A stretch of 54,412 bases of DNA, filler included, from Bipalium vagum (taxonomy: Eukaryota): NCBI GenBank assembly GCA_037834085.1. It is 3 parts of 3 records of this genome, joined end to end, with 100 filler letters (N's around TTAATTAATTAA, not from the genome) between each part and the next. Parts side by side here need not be neighbours in the genome. Positions count along the whole stretch, not along the records: positions 17,195 to 34,049 come from JBBMKC010089865.1; positions 34,150 to 54,412 come from JBBMKC010256831.1; 1 more part is not named here. One strand, 5' to 3'. Position 1 is the first letter of the stretch; the number at the start of each line of letters is the position of its first letter. Both the position numbers and the translations under genes were made by a program. The notes below the pieces were generated by a model that saw only the letters and a list, made by a program, of their open reading frames with translations, made no database searches and was not told where the DNA came from. Of this stretch, positions 23,900-35,600 are shown in pieces.

Positions 23900-26719
23900 G
23901 AAAATAAGAAAATGATTATATTCTCAAAACACACCAATGCTGATATGCTTTCAAGAATTAAGTGCGATATGTGTAATCAATGTCAAATGCACCACAAAGA
24001 TCCGAAGACAGAGAAAATAAATACAAGGCAGATAAATCAGATGGTGAAAATAGGTAGATGTAAATTGCAAGCCGGTTAAAGGAAAAAAAATATTCTGGAA
24101 GAAAATGTTACGAAATTTCGAATGGAAAAAGATGTAGTGAAAACAAGAGAAAGAATGATTTGGATCCCAAAAGAAAAGAGAACATCTATGATCAAAGAAA
24201 GAGTAGCAAATGAGTCAAAACTGGTAAACTTTACAGTAGTAGAGGAAATCACACCGGATTTAATCGGCAAAATAAATCTCCAGAAGGTATTCGGATTTAG
24301 GTTGGTTAAAGAGAATGCCGGGCAGATCAAAACTGATGGAAAGGTAAGAGAAGAATCATATATGTGTAATATTGAAGGGAAGTTTGAAAATGAAGTTAAT
24401 GAACAGGCGTGACAAGCAACAAAAGACTGGTACAGATAATAAAAGAGAACGAGGGTGTTTTCATGGCCAGCATATTGGATGTCCGTTGCACTCATTTAGC
24501 GAAACACCATATGCAAACAAGAGGGGAACCAATTAATCTTAAGCCGTTTTGACAGCCAATGAACCTAGAGGAGAAGATAAAAGAGACAGTCAAGAACCTA
24601 TACGACAATGGAATTAATAAAAAATTCAATTCACCTTGGAATACACCGTTGATTTGCGTATGGAAGGAGAAGAAAGATACCCGCATATGTCTAGATTTTA
24701 GGCAGTTAAATGCAGTGACAGAAAGGCAGGCATTTCCGATGCCAAATGTTGATGACATGTTGGATGCCTTAGATGGGGCAAAGTATTTCAGTTTTATTGA
24801 TTTAGGTAATGCCTATTATCACGTGGAATTAGAGGAGACATCAAAGAACAAGACAGGTTTTTCTACCAAAGAAGGACAATATTGTTTTAATAAGATTCCC
24901 TTTGGAATAGCGGCAGTTCCAGGCACATTTCAGGAGATAATGACAAAGGTCGTCGGTGGTATAAAAGGAGCAATGGTCTATCTGGACGACATATTAGTTT
25001 TTACGGGGACTGAAAGTGAGCATTATAAGGTTCTGAACGAAGTACTGAGAGGAGTGCGCGAAACTAGACTACGGATAAATCCAGAAAAGTGTTATTTGCT
25101 GAAAAAGGAAATAAAGTTCTTGGGTCATGTGGTGAGTAAAAAGGGGGTAAAAACATATCCTTCAAAGTTGGAGGCGATTATAAATTTCGAAAGGCCAAAA
25201 TGTGTAAATGGATTGAGAAGCTTTTTAGGAATCTGTAACTATTATAGAAGATTTATAAAGGAATACTCGAAAAGATCTAAGCCCTTGGAGAGAGCGTGTG
25301 AAAAGAGTGAGAAAAAATTAATATGGACACTGGAGATGGAAGAAGCGTTCAAGGAGATGAAAAAAGCATTAACACCAAGTCCCGTATTGTGTTTCCCTGA
25401 TATTAAGAAGGAATTTATTCTAGATACAGATGCGAGCTTTGATTCAATAGGAGCGGTTCTGTCTCAACTGGACGAAAATGGAAAGGAACGAGTAATATCA
25501 TATGGCTCTCACGCCATGAGAAGCCATGAAATTAGCTACTGTATTACTCGAAAGGAATTGCTGTCCATTTATTACTTTTGTAATCACTTTCAATATTATT
25601 TATACGGAAGGAGTTTCAGACTGATAAAGGACCATTAAGCAATTACCTTCATGATGAGTATGAAGAAGCGGATCACGTCGCAATTCCAAACGTGGATTAA
25701 TTACTTAAGTAGTCTTGACATAAAGTTCGAATACAGGAGGGGTTCGATACATACGAACATATATTTGTTATCTAGCCCAAGATGCAAAACATGTAGTCAC
25801 TGCCAATTAGCGCATGAGGAGGCGAAGAAGGAAGAGATGAAAGTCAGGATGTTTGATGCAATAGGCACAGAAGATGTTAACGAGGCAGAGAAGAACTTGA
25901 TATGGCATGTTCATAGATTGTTGGCTAATGCAGGTACTGAGAAGGTCCTGGAATATGTGAAGGGAAAACATGATATAACTGGTTTGCGGAATAAAGTACG
26001 GAGGGTATTGTCAGAATGCGAAGCGTGTGAGAAGCATAAAGTGGTTACATCAACGACAAAAGATGCCACAATGACATTGGATAAAATCCAAATGTTTGAG
26101 AACATTTATATCGATATTTGCGGTCCATTAACGGAAACCAGATGAAAGAAAAAGTACATCATAGGCATCATAGATCAGTACAGTAAATATTTCTGTTTAA
26201 CTACGGTTGCAAGGTAGGACGAAGAGACAATTATGGAGGAGATAAAAAAAAGTTTGGCTTACAAGTTTGGTAGTCCCAAGACTATCAATGTGGATTGCGC
26301 AAAACGAAGGTCCATATCGAATCCAAAGAAAAATACATGGGAGACGGTATTTGATAGAACACGCAGAAGGAAGAATTCTGGATAGGAACGTTGAGAAGTT
26401 AAAAAAATTCTTGAGAGGAGGATATAAGGAGTGATTCGAAGAATTAATTTGTTTGAATTTGTTTAAATAAGGACCTCACGCCATGATTAACAATTATTAA
26501 ATGTTTTTAATTTAAAGTTTTTAAAAATTATAACGTTACGCTTTTAAAATTTTTAACTAAATATTTTAAATAAATGTTGGTTAATTTTAAAAAAGTAAAT
26601 GATTTAATTTTAATAAAAGGTGAGGTCCAAGTTTGAAAAGTTTGTTTGGTTAATCGGATTTAATGAAATATATTATTATTATTGCTTCGAATTTGAATTT
26701 TTATTTAAAAATGACTACA
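23900..26719 (+). mobile_element. Ty3/Gypsy LTR retrotransposon remnant (RT-RNaseH-partial integrase, PPT, probable 3' LTR)
   Basis: ORF 24559-25638 has SPWNTPL, RICLDFRQLN, YLDD, FLGH, LDTDAS and RKELL. The integrase part has HRLLANAG...CEAC and YIDICGPL. A purine tract gagaggagga at about 26413-26422 precedes an AT-rich segment ending ACTACA at 26719. Confidence 0.92.
24559..25638 (+). pseudogene. Gypsy reverse transcriptase/RNase H open segment (359 aa)
   Basis: Intact YLDD and RNase H DAS motifs; flanked by in-frame stops and frameshifts. Confidence 0.9.
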
Positions 26720-27934
26720 CAAGAATATAACTGTAATAATACTTAAACAAATTTCCCATTCTTAATAAATCAATATGTTGGTTTTTATATATCAAAATAC
26801 ATTTTAATTAAAATTAGATAAAAATAAATATTTATATTAAATTTACTACAAATTTAAAATTTAAACAAGGCACAATAAAAAAATTAAAAAATTAGAAATC
26901 AGTTTAAATACTCACAATTGCATTTAAATATATTTTTCCTTCATTACAGGTGTGTTCCAAATTGTGCCCCACTTCATCAAAAATCTCGTTTAAGTTTTTT
27001 TTACATAGGAGACTTATTTAAAAATATTAATTTTTGTGTCCTATTTAAGAGCACTTGTAAAGATAAACAAAATAAGTTCCCGATTTTTAAACAAAAATAT
27101 TCAATATTCATCCCGTTTTTCAAGTTAAAATTAAAAATATTGAAGGCCTTGAAACCCTTAGCCTATTTAACAAATATATAAAATTATGAGGAGCTTTGAA
27201 AGCCCTAAACATATCGCAAAACTAGGTGGGATTGACAGTCTTAAAAATAGGGAGACATTTAATGTCCGTCATCTTTATAAAAATAAATAAAAAGTAGAGG
27301 GCTTTCAAAGAGGAACCCATATTAAAAATAAATTTAAAAAGATTATTTGCACCATTTGAAATGGTGGCCCTTAAAAAATTAAAATAAATTTTGTAAAGGG
27401 ATTACTAATAGTAACCCAACATTTTTGTGAATTGCAAATAATAGGGTTAATAGCTCGATAAATATTTTATTGGACTATTTTCAAATATCCACTAAAATTA
27501 TAAATAAATAAATAAATATTTGCAGCTAAGAAATATATGAACAGTCGGTTAAGTTAAGTCACCGTTTGTACAGATGACATGATTCTTTGTGTTACAATCT
27601 TGATTATTTGAAGAGCGTTATGGGCCGTTGCACCATTTCGTTGAAATGAAATCGTAGAAATCTTTATGTTCGCTTTCCGGAGCGGAAAGAAAACTTTGCA
27701 TTGTACTGTAGCCATCTATAACCCATACCAAACAGTTACAAGAAAGGGGTGTAATGAACGTTGGTCCAAAGTCTCAGAATTATATGTACCCCATAGTTTT
27801 GGTCACTCTGCAGTTTTTTTTATTTACAAACCCACTCTGATGAAAATGTGCCTTGTCACTCATCAATAAATTTGTCAAAAGATATTGGTCAATGGCAGTG
27901 AGATTTGGAGTAATGTAAACGCAAGGTTATACTA

Positions 27935-29145
27935 TTAGGTAGTGCAGTATGAAATGTCGTATTTTAGTAGTCAATAAAATAAGTCATAAAAATCGGGAAA
28001 ATAAAATATTTTTCATTACAGTTTAAACACTTTTACCAACGAGGTAATAATTTATTTATTCCATCCTTATAAAATTCCGGACTTCTAGATTCAAAAAACC
28101 TTTTGAATGGAATTTTAATTGCGGAAATGTTTATCGACCAGAACAGATGATAATCTGTAAGGGAAAGATGTGGGGAATAAGCTGGTGAGGCAAAATTTCA
28201 TACTTCAATTAATGCAACTTTTTGTACAGTATTATTATAATGCATTATCATGAAGCAAAATTGAGCCCTTTTGATTTCAAGCAACTTTCTGTGTATAGTC
28301 TCTATTTGTTGACAGTATGACTGTGCAGTAATTGTCTCACCATATTTTAGAAAGTCGTAATGGATTACGCCAGTTGCAGACCACCAAACAGTTATCATAG
28401 TTTTCTTCCGGTGAAGATTTGGCTTAGGCATCTGCTTGGGCCGTTCATCAGCGTCCAGCCATTGTGCTGATCGTCGTCGATTATCATATGCAATCCACTT
28501 TTCGTCACATGTCACAATACAACACAAAAAGGGATCAATTTCATTCCGAATAATTAAGGAAGAACAAACTCCATATCAAGCTTTTTGTTGTCCTTCAGTC
28601 AATTCATGTAGAACCCATAAATCGAGCTTCTTGACCTTCCCAATCTTTTTGAGATGAACAGAGACAGTTGATTTTGAAACATTCAGATCTTGGGCAAGTT
28701 CTCTTACTGATTGGCGAGTGTTTTCTTCAACAGCTGCTTTCAAACAGTATTACTTAGGTGAGAAATTGATCTTCCGCGATCTTCATTGACTAAGCTGAAG
28801 TTACCATCCCGAAATTTTTTGAACAATCGCTGTGTAGTCCGTACGTTAGTGCTGCCTTCCCCCCATGCACCATTGATTTTTTCGGCTGCCTGTGATGCCT
28901 TGTGTTTGAGTTTAACCTAGTACAGCATGCATATGCGAATTTGTTGATCTACCATTTCTACATTAGAAAAGAATGAAAAATAAAAATATATATTTAATTA
29001 ATATTCTTACTTTTACAATGTGAATAAACTTTGAAAATCTGGCTTTTATTTGGAATATTTAAACAAGATTTTCGATTAATATTTATCGAATAATTTAATT
29101 TTGAAAATTTAGATAAAAAACGACATTTCATACTGAACAACCTAA
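27935..29145 (-). mobile_element. Near full-length mariner (cecropia/Hsmar1-like), defective
   Basis: TA-flanked TIRs TTAGGT(A/T)GT(G/T)CAGTATGAAATGTCGT, 1211 bp long. The ATG at 28955 gives MVDQQIRICMLY*; IVTCDEKWIAYDNRRRSAQWLD follows; several stops and deletions. Confidence 0.92.
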
Positions 29146-29149
29146 TACT

Positions 29150-30650
29150 AGAATGTATGTTTTAGGCTTACTAGATTTTATGTTGTGTTCAATTAACTCT
29201 GAAAAATTGTGCCTCGTGTTATACCCAGCTGTTGCCAACGTTGTCTTGTTGATGTTGAGATCTGCTCACAAGCTTCACATATTCAACGTTCACATGCTCC
29301 TGTAATTTAGCTGCCATGTCGCTAATAACATGAGCTATTGGGTAATTTAGAATTTCATAAAATATCTTATCTGCCCGTTGACTGGCAAAAAAACCCCTAT
29401 TTTCTAAATTTAAATAAAACTACATGTGATCGTTGTAGAATTGTAAATTGTTTAATTTATAAATCTCCCAAACCTACCTTGTTTTAGCGCAAGATGTGCT
29501 CGATATACTCGTATTTCTAAAAGCATTCAAGGCTGGAAAACTGTTACTTAATATCTTTGAAGTAAGTCTGATAGGAAACATTTTTTTTATCATAACCAAT
29601 AAAAAAAGGTTTAACAAATGGACAATTAAATTTATTTTATTATAATGTTTTCCTTAACTGAAATATGTAACATTTGCTCGAAATCGATAACTCTTCATTA
29701 TTCAACGGGCACACACTCTACTGAATGACAACCCCTACCAAAATCCTTATTTGCACCCCAAATTAATTCAAAACAATCACAATTAAACTTTGTTAAAACG
29801 CAAAAGTGTACCATTACATGTGTCACAAAAATCTCAATCAACCAAGGAATCAATGCTAGCCAAATTTTTAAAAACCAAGAGTTTAAACTGATGACTCTAT
29901 AAACTGAACTGGGATTTGTGAGATTAATATTATTAATCACCAACTTCAGGGTTTGTGTCTTTGGCAAACCCAACACATTTAAGGAACATATTTATATTTC
30001 AAGAGTGTATCCTGACTTAAGCAAAACATGTATACATAAATCAGTTTGTCATAAATATCCGTTTGTTGATTATGACCCCAATGTTCTCACTTAGAACGTT
30101 GATAGCTGCAACAACAAGATCAAAGAAAAGCTGAAAGCTGTAAATAAAGCATATAATCACAGACATTTCTGCACTTCCGAAATGAAAGACAGAAAATGGA
30201 AGGAAGCCGTTTACTTTTGAATCTGCATTCCCATCAAGTTAGACTGTGAATGTTATTTAAGAAAGCCAAGTCTTCCAGGGATCCGTTTGATCAGTTTTGA
30301 TCAAAGCTTTTTTGATGTGTGATCGCTTGAAGTTGCCTTGGACAGAATGTGAAGTCCTTCAGGGGTACTGATGGATTAGAATGTGGAATCTATTGTTTTA
30401 TAAAAGTCAAAAATTTTAAGCCTCTATGATGTATTGCGTAATTGCAACGAATACATACACAAAAGCCAAGATTATGTCACGCAACTGCTGCATGGTTTTC
30501 AAAAGCACCATGTTCAAAAAGAAAAAACATCAACACTTTATTTATGAAATTCTTTTCTATCAACTTAAACTGTAACTTTTGACTTTCAGTTCATTTCTTT
30601 TCTTCTTTTCTGCCTCTGAAATATATACTATGGTATAGTATCTGCTTCGT
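29150..30650 (-). mobile_element. Degraded P-element/THAP9-like transposase remnant
   Basis: VLTKFNCDCFELIWG resembles the P-transposase motif LTxRLNQDxLENFFG. An upstream LQLRN resembles HLxKxxRN. Confidence 0.5.
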
Positions 30651-32131
30651 TTTTTCATTGGAGAAGATACTACACCTCTGATTGGCTAATTTTCACAGGT
30701 TTTTTTAACTTTAATAATTTTAAAGTAATTTTAACTTTAACTTTAATTTTTAATCTGCTTTTTATGGAAAAGTTCAAAATTTCTACAATATTATTATTAA
30801 TGGAATGGTAATTTCTATGTAATTTAGATTATGATAGTACCATTTCAGGAAAAGTTCAATTGGATTCAGCAAGAAATATATTTGATAAGAGGGATTTAAG
30901 AAAAGAAAAAAAGAAACAATTTATGACATTTTTATATTATATATTAATATTAATGGTATAGTTTAATTATGTTAAGTTTCCCTAAAAGTGACTTAATTTA
31001 AACGTTAACAAATCGATAAAAAAACTGGAGGGTCACTTAACATGAACTACTTGACTTATCAGAAGGATTTATGGCCTGTAATTCGGAACAAGTATAAATC
31101 AAATGAAAACAATTAAGACTGCAATACAAATATTTTTATTTGTAAAAATATTGGTTTAAAAAGTGATTATAAAGGAAAATCTTTAAATCCTTACACAGTT
31201 ATCCTATAACTTGCGGTAAGGTCCTATGAAGATGTGCGAACCCTAACTGTTGTGCAAGCCCTAAACAACAAAAGAAATAATAGAGAATGTGAATTAAAAA
31301 AGGTAGATAATCCTATCAAATATTGATTATGGGAAAATAATTTTATTTAATTTGAAGTTCAAATGATCTGTGTAAATTATAATAATTTACCAGATAAATG
31401 GAGTTAATAATAATAATAATAATAAAAAAATAATTTAAAATAATTTAATAAAATTTACTATTTCAAAAAGAGCTTATAACGTTGCTTCTGGACGAAATCT
31501 GTTCTCACGTTTTCTTTGAAATTGAATTCGTATTATTTGTGTTTCTGATCCGCAACTTGTGTTTTTTTTATACTTGACTGTATTAAATTCTCGTTGACTG
31601 TCTAGACGTCGTTCGTCTGTGTTCTCAAATTTTGATATCCAATGTCAAAAATTTTGCTATGGAAATTCTCTTATTTTGCTCTCGTCACTGTCCGAGGAAT
31701 TGAATATCTCCGTGGAGGATTTTACTATTGTCCTTTTGTGTTTTTGTTGTGTTGATTTGAAATCCAACGGTCTTTTTTATATATTATTTATATATTATAT
31801 ATAAAGTTAGTTTTATTTTTATATTTTAATTGTTTCCTTTTTTAATTTTGTACTTAGAATTATTCCTATATTTTAATTTTTATTATATTATTTTGATAGG
31901 TTTCTATTTTTAGAAACCTTGTAATTTCTATTTTTAATTTTTATGTATTTTCTTTCTTTTAATATTAATTTGAATAATAATAATAATAATGATAATGATA
32001 ATAATAATAATTATTCGTTAGGGCTCAAATTTATTCTCATTTTTACAGTTTACAACAATAAAATAAATTTTAAATATTTTTATTAAAATGACAAATTTAG
32101 TGGTTTAATAATCAATAAGTCGATAAATGAG

Positions 32132-34049
32132 TCAATTTCTCTTGAGTCTCCAAATATCTTCCCCTTTTTGAAGACTTTTGTCCTCAAAAGGTGGCATGCG
32201 AAACATCAAGAGTTTTCCATCGGGTGTTCGGCCAATAAATCCGAGGACATCTACCGAGGCTCCATGGGGCGAAATGACTTCAGTTGGGAGATTGGTTGCA
32301 TTGTTGATAAGAATTTCCTTTTTGATTGGTTGAATGTTGGCAGCGGGGCATCTATATTCATTGAATGAGAGGGAGGCATTGTGTGAAAGGATTGGAAGCG
32401 ACCTCAACATTTTTACGATTGATGGTTTGTGTTTGAACTGACGATACTGTGGAAGAATCAGTTTGCGTGAACTGAGGAGTGATATATTTTTAGCCTTTTG
32501 CAGAAGTGTGGATATTCGGGGACGTTTTCTTTCCGATTTTTTTGTTTCAGTGCTGACGGAAACTGTTGACACAGTGGGTCCTAGTTTAATAGGCAACGGA
32601 ATTGCTGAGGTTTCTGGGACTTCAAAATATACATCATCGTCGTCATCTAGTGAGAGAACACAATCTTTGTAATCCGATTGATTGAAATTGGAAGACGACG
32701 CGACAGAGTGTACGTCGAAATGAGGTTCGGACGGTGATAGAGGAGGCGGGGCGCTAGGAATACGAGTATGGGGTAGTGGTTCTTCTGGAACTCGAAAATG
32801 TGGTGGTACTTTTGCCAAAAATCTGTTCTGAGTCCGCATAATATCATTAAGAATTTTTTTACCACGACCACTTCCACTAGTGAATGGCTGGTAGGATAAT
32901 GGAGGAAACGGAGGAGGTTTATTTAAGATAGTTTCATTGCTGTTGTGAAGAGGGGTTTCATCACACATCAATGTTAATTCACTGGCTAATGAGGTTTCAA
33001 TTTTGAACCAGACTTCTCTGAGCATATGTGTGTGTTGAACACATTGTACTTTGCGTCATTCAGGTCCTAATTTAGTGGTTGACGCCAATTCTGGAATTTT
33101 AAATTTACTGGCAATTTGATTTAATCTCAATACTGCGTTAGGGAGAAGTTTCATGGAATCCCGCAATTGTGGTATATATTGAAAATCAATATATCCATCT
33201 ATATGCTGTGTGGGGATTGCGCACATTGTCAAGAAATATTCAACTTGATTTCCTATGAGTTTTTTGTTGTGGACGCATTCTTTTATGCTTTCGAGTGCTG
33301 TTGGTTCATCCATGCCATTGACAAAACGGTATCCGATATTCCTGTTTGGGCTACATTGGGTTTAAAGCGATTGTGAGGCGAGATAATGGTCATAAGTACA
33401 TCCTTACCCAGATAATTCATAAGGTGTACTGCCTGCAATACATGCTCTGAAATAAGATGACCAGACTTAAATGTAGTGACATCTACAAAAATAGCCTTTC
33501 GTTGAAGTGCCACTTGATAAGGTAGCTTATATTTGGGCATATAATATGGATTTCGGGCACGTAGGGAACGATAGATTTCATCATTATCATGAAGTAGGAT
33601 AGTTGATGGGATATAATTTGTACTAAGTATGTCCTCAATAACCAAAATGGTATTGAGCTTAGTAGTTTCAAAGCAAAGGGTGCGACTTCTTTTGACCAAA
33701 TTTTCTAAGTGCACCGAAAAGAATTTTTCAATAGTAATAGGAGCAGGGACGCCTCCGACACGCAGAATCACAGAGTGATTGCATACGTTGAAATAAAATG
33801 TTTCTTTGGGATAAATAGTTGTCTTCATGTAGGGAATTATGTTGGGTAGATAAAAATAAGATGGTTGCATCACTTGGTGTATGTAAAAAGTTCGTTCGCC
33901 AGTCGATTGAAATTTGCACGAATTTAGGATTTCTGCAGTTTCCATGGTAAGAGTGGGTAAAGGCATGACGCCTTGTCGAGCTTCCAAATGTTTCATACAT
34001 TCTATGTATGGGAATTTGTTGAATTGCTTGACCCAGATAACGGCTTCGG
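32132..34049 (-). pseudogene. Intronless orphan reading frame (more than 630 codons, 5'-truncated by the linker), broken by one frameshift and one TGA
   Basis: The frame is open from the contig end through the 237-aa ORF, then shifts -1 into the 85-aa ORF. That ORF is in frame with the 297-aa ORF across a single TGA (33056-33058). GC is clearly higher than the flanks. No recognised domain. Confidence 0.7.
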
Positions 34050-34149
34050 NNNNNNNNNNNNNNNNNNNNNNNNNNNNNNNNNNNNNNNNNNNNTTAATTA
34101 ATTAANNNNNNNNNNNNNNNNNNNNNNNNNNNNNNNNNNNNNNNNNNNN
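34050..34149. other. Artificial contig linker (44N-TTAATTAATTAA-44N)
   Basis: Same structure as 17095-17194. Confidence 0.95.
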
Positions 34150-34679
34150 TATATTTTTTAATTAATTTACCTTATAAGTAAATAGATTTGAAAAATTTAA
34201 ACAATAAAAAATAGTTTAGAAATTTTAAAATTTATTAACAATTATTTAGAATTTTAGGGTGCTTTTTACTTTTTTCCATGAGTATAGATGTTCGAAAGAG
34301 ATTTAGTAATTTTGAAAATAATTTTTCGGTTATACTGGTTAGAAAATAAAGGCTGAACTTCGATATCACTGCGAGTCTTTTGTCAAAGTTAATTTAATAT
34401 TTCTTATGTTATAATTTTTTAATTAGCGCAGCGTTTTGATGGAAGCACATTGACTTTGATAGCAACAAATTTCGCTAAATTCAAATAGTATAATAGATGG
34501 TTAGAAAAGTAAAGCTAAAAATGAATATAACTTTGAGATTAAATTAATCATTTAAAACGAAAACAACGTGCTGAAGCTATGTCGAATGAGACAGAGAAAA
34601 AGAACATTTTATTTGTGATAACGATTTTATAATTTTATTTTAAAATGATGTTTAAAAAAATGTAAGTTATCTTATAAAA

Positions 34680-35130
34680 AATATGAAACATTTAATTATC
34701 AAGACTGAAAAAGATGAAATTGATTTTCATAATTCAGACAAATGTATTGGTTGTAATAAAAAAAATTAAATGTTGATATATTTTTTTCTAATTTCTCAAT
34801 TAATGAATTTTTGAACTTTGGAATTATTTTGATCGATCAATAAGTGAGTTAGAAAATCTATTAATATATTCTTGTTAAATAGGATAAATAGGAACAGTTG
34901 AATTTTTTTAATAATGTTTCACTTCTTTTCTCATTATTTTTAATAAAAAAAATTATATTTAAGATTTAAAATTTAAAAACTATTTAAAATTTTACATTAT
35001 ACAAAATAGAGACGATGACTCAAGAGATTACATTTTGAAGTAAATTTGCACAAAAGATTTTCATAAATATTTCAATCTTTGTCATTCCGTTTTCATTTAT
35101 AAGTCTTTTCATTAATATGATGTCATAAAA
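34680..35130 (+). mobile_element. Possible Polinton/Maverick DNA polymerase B N-terminal remnant
   Basis: DEIDFHNSDKCIGCNK followed by RDDD and IPF...YD-like pieces resemble the CxxC...RDHDH...IPVxFHN..YD region; very decayed. Confidence 0.3.
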
Positions 35131-35210
35131 TTTTATTCCTCCTGTTGTAATAAATTTAAAATTCAAATTATAATTATTATTTTTTTAAAAAATAAATTTT
35201 TACTGACTCC

Positions 35211-35600
35211 ATTCCATAAAAGAAACCCGAATTTTTTTACATAAAATAAGTAATCATTGTTATTTATTTATCTGTATTAAATTGATTTTAGAATTGATGG
35301 CTCTTTCAAATGATCAAAAATATTATTTCTTATCCATTATGAGAGGATCTTAATGAAAATGGGAAAGGTCCAGCCCGAATATGATACAGTCGAGCATTTC
35401 ATGCGAAAGATTTCATACCAATAAGGGTTATGTGCGCGATTTAAAAAAACATTTTTTTGAAAGAGGTACACTGGACGAAAGAGTAAATCTGTACAACATT
35501 CGCCATTAATAATTTTTTAAATAATTTGTTTTATTCTTGTTATAATTTAAATATAATATAAATACTCTTCGTATTAATAAATCGGGTTTTTTATGGAATT
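35211..35600. mobile_element. MITE-like element (about 390 bp)
   Basis: Inverted ends attccataaaagaaacccgaattt / aaatcgggtttttttatggaatt; no ORF. Confidence 0.5.

Noticed and set aside
24076-24758. 139-aa and 88-aa minus-strand ORFs
   Set aside because: Antisense shadows of the Gypsy pol region.
33360-33366. TTTAAAC slippery heptamer (minus strand) at the start of the overlap between the 237-aa and 85-aa frames
   Set aside because: It is phased TTT-AAA-C in the upstream frame, not T-TTA-AAC, and a -1 slip there lands on TAA. A simple 1-nt deletion is more likely than programmed frameshifting.
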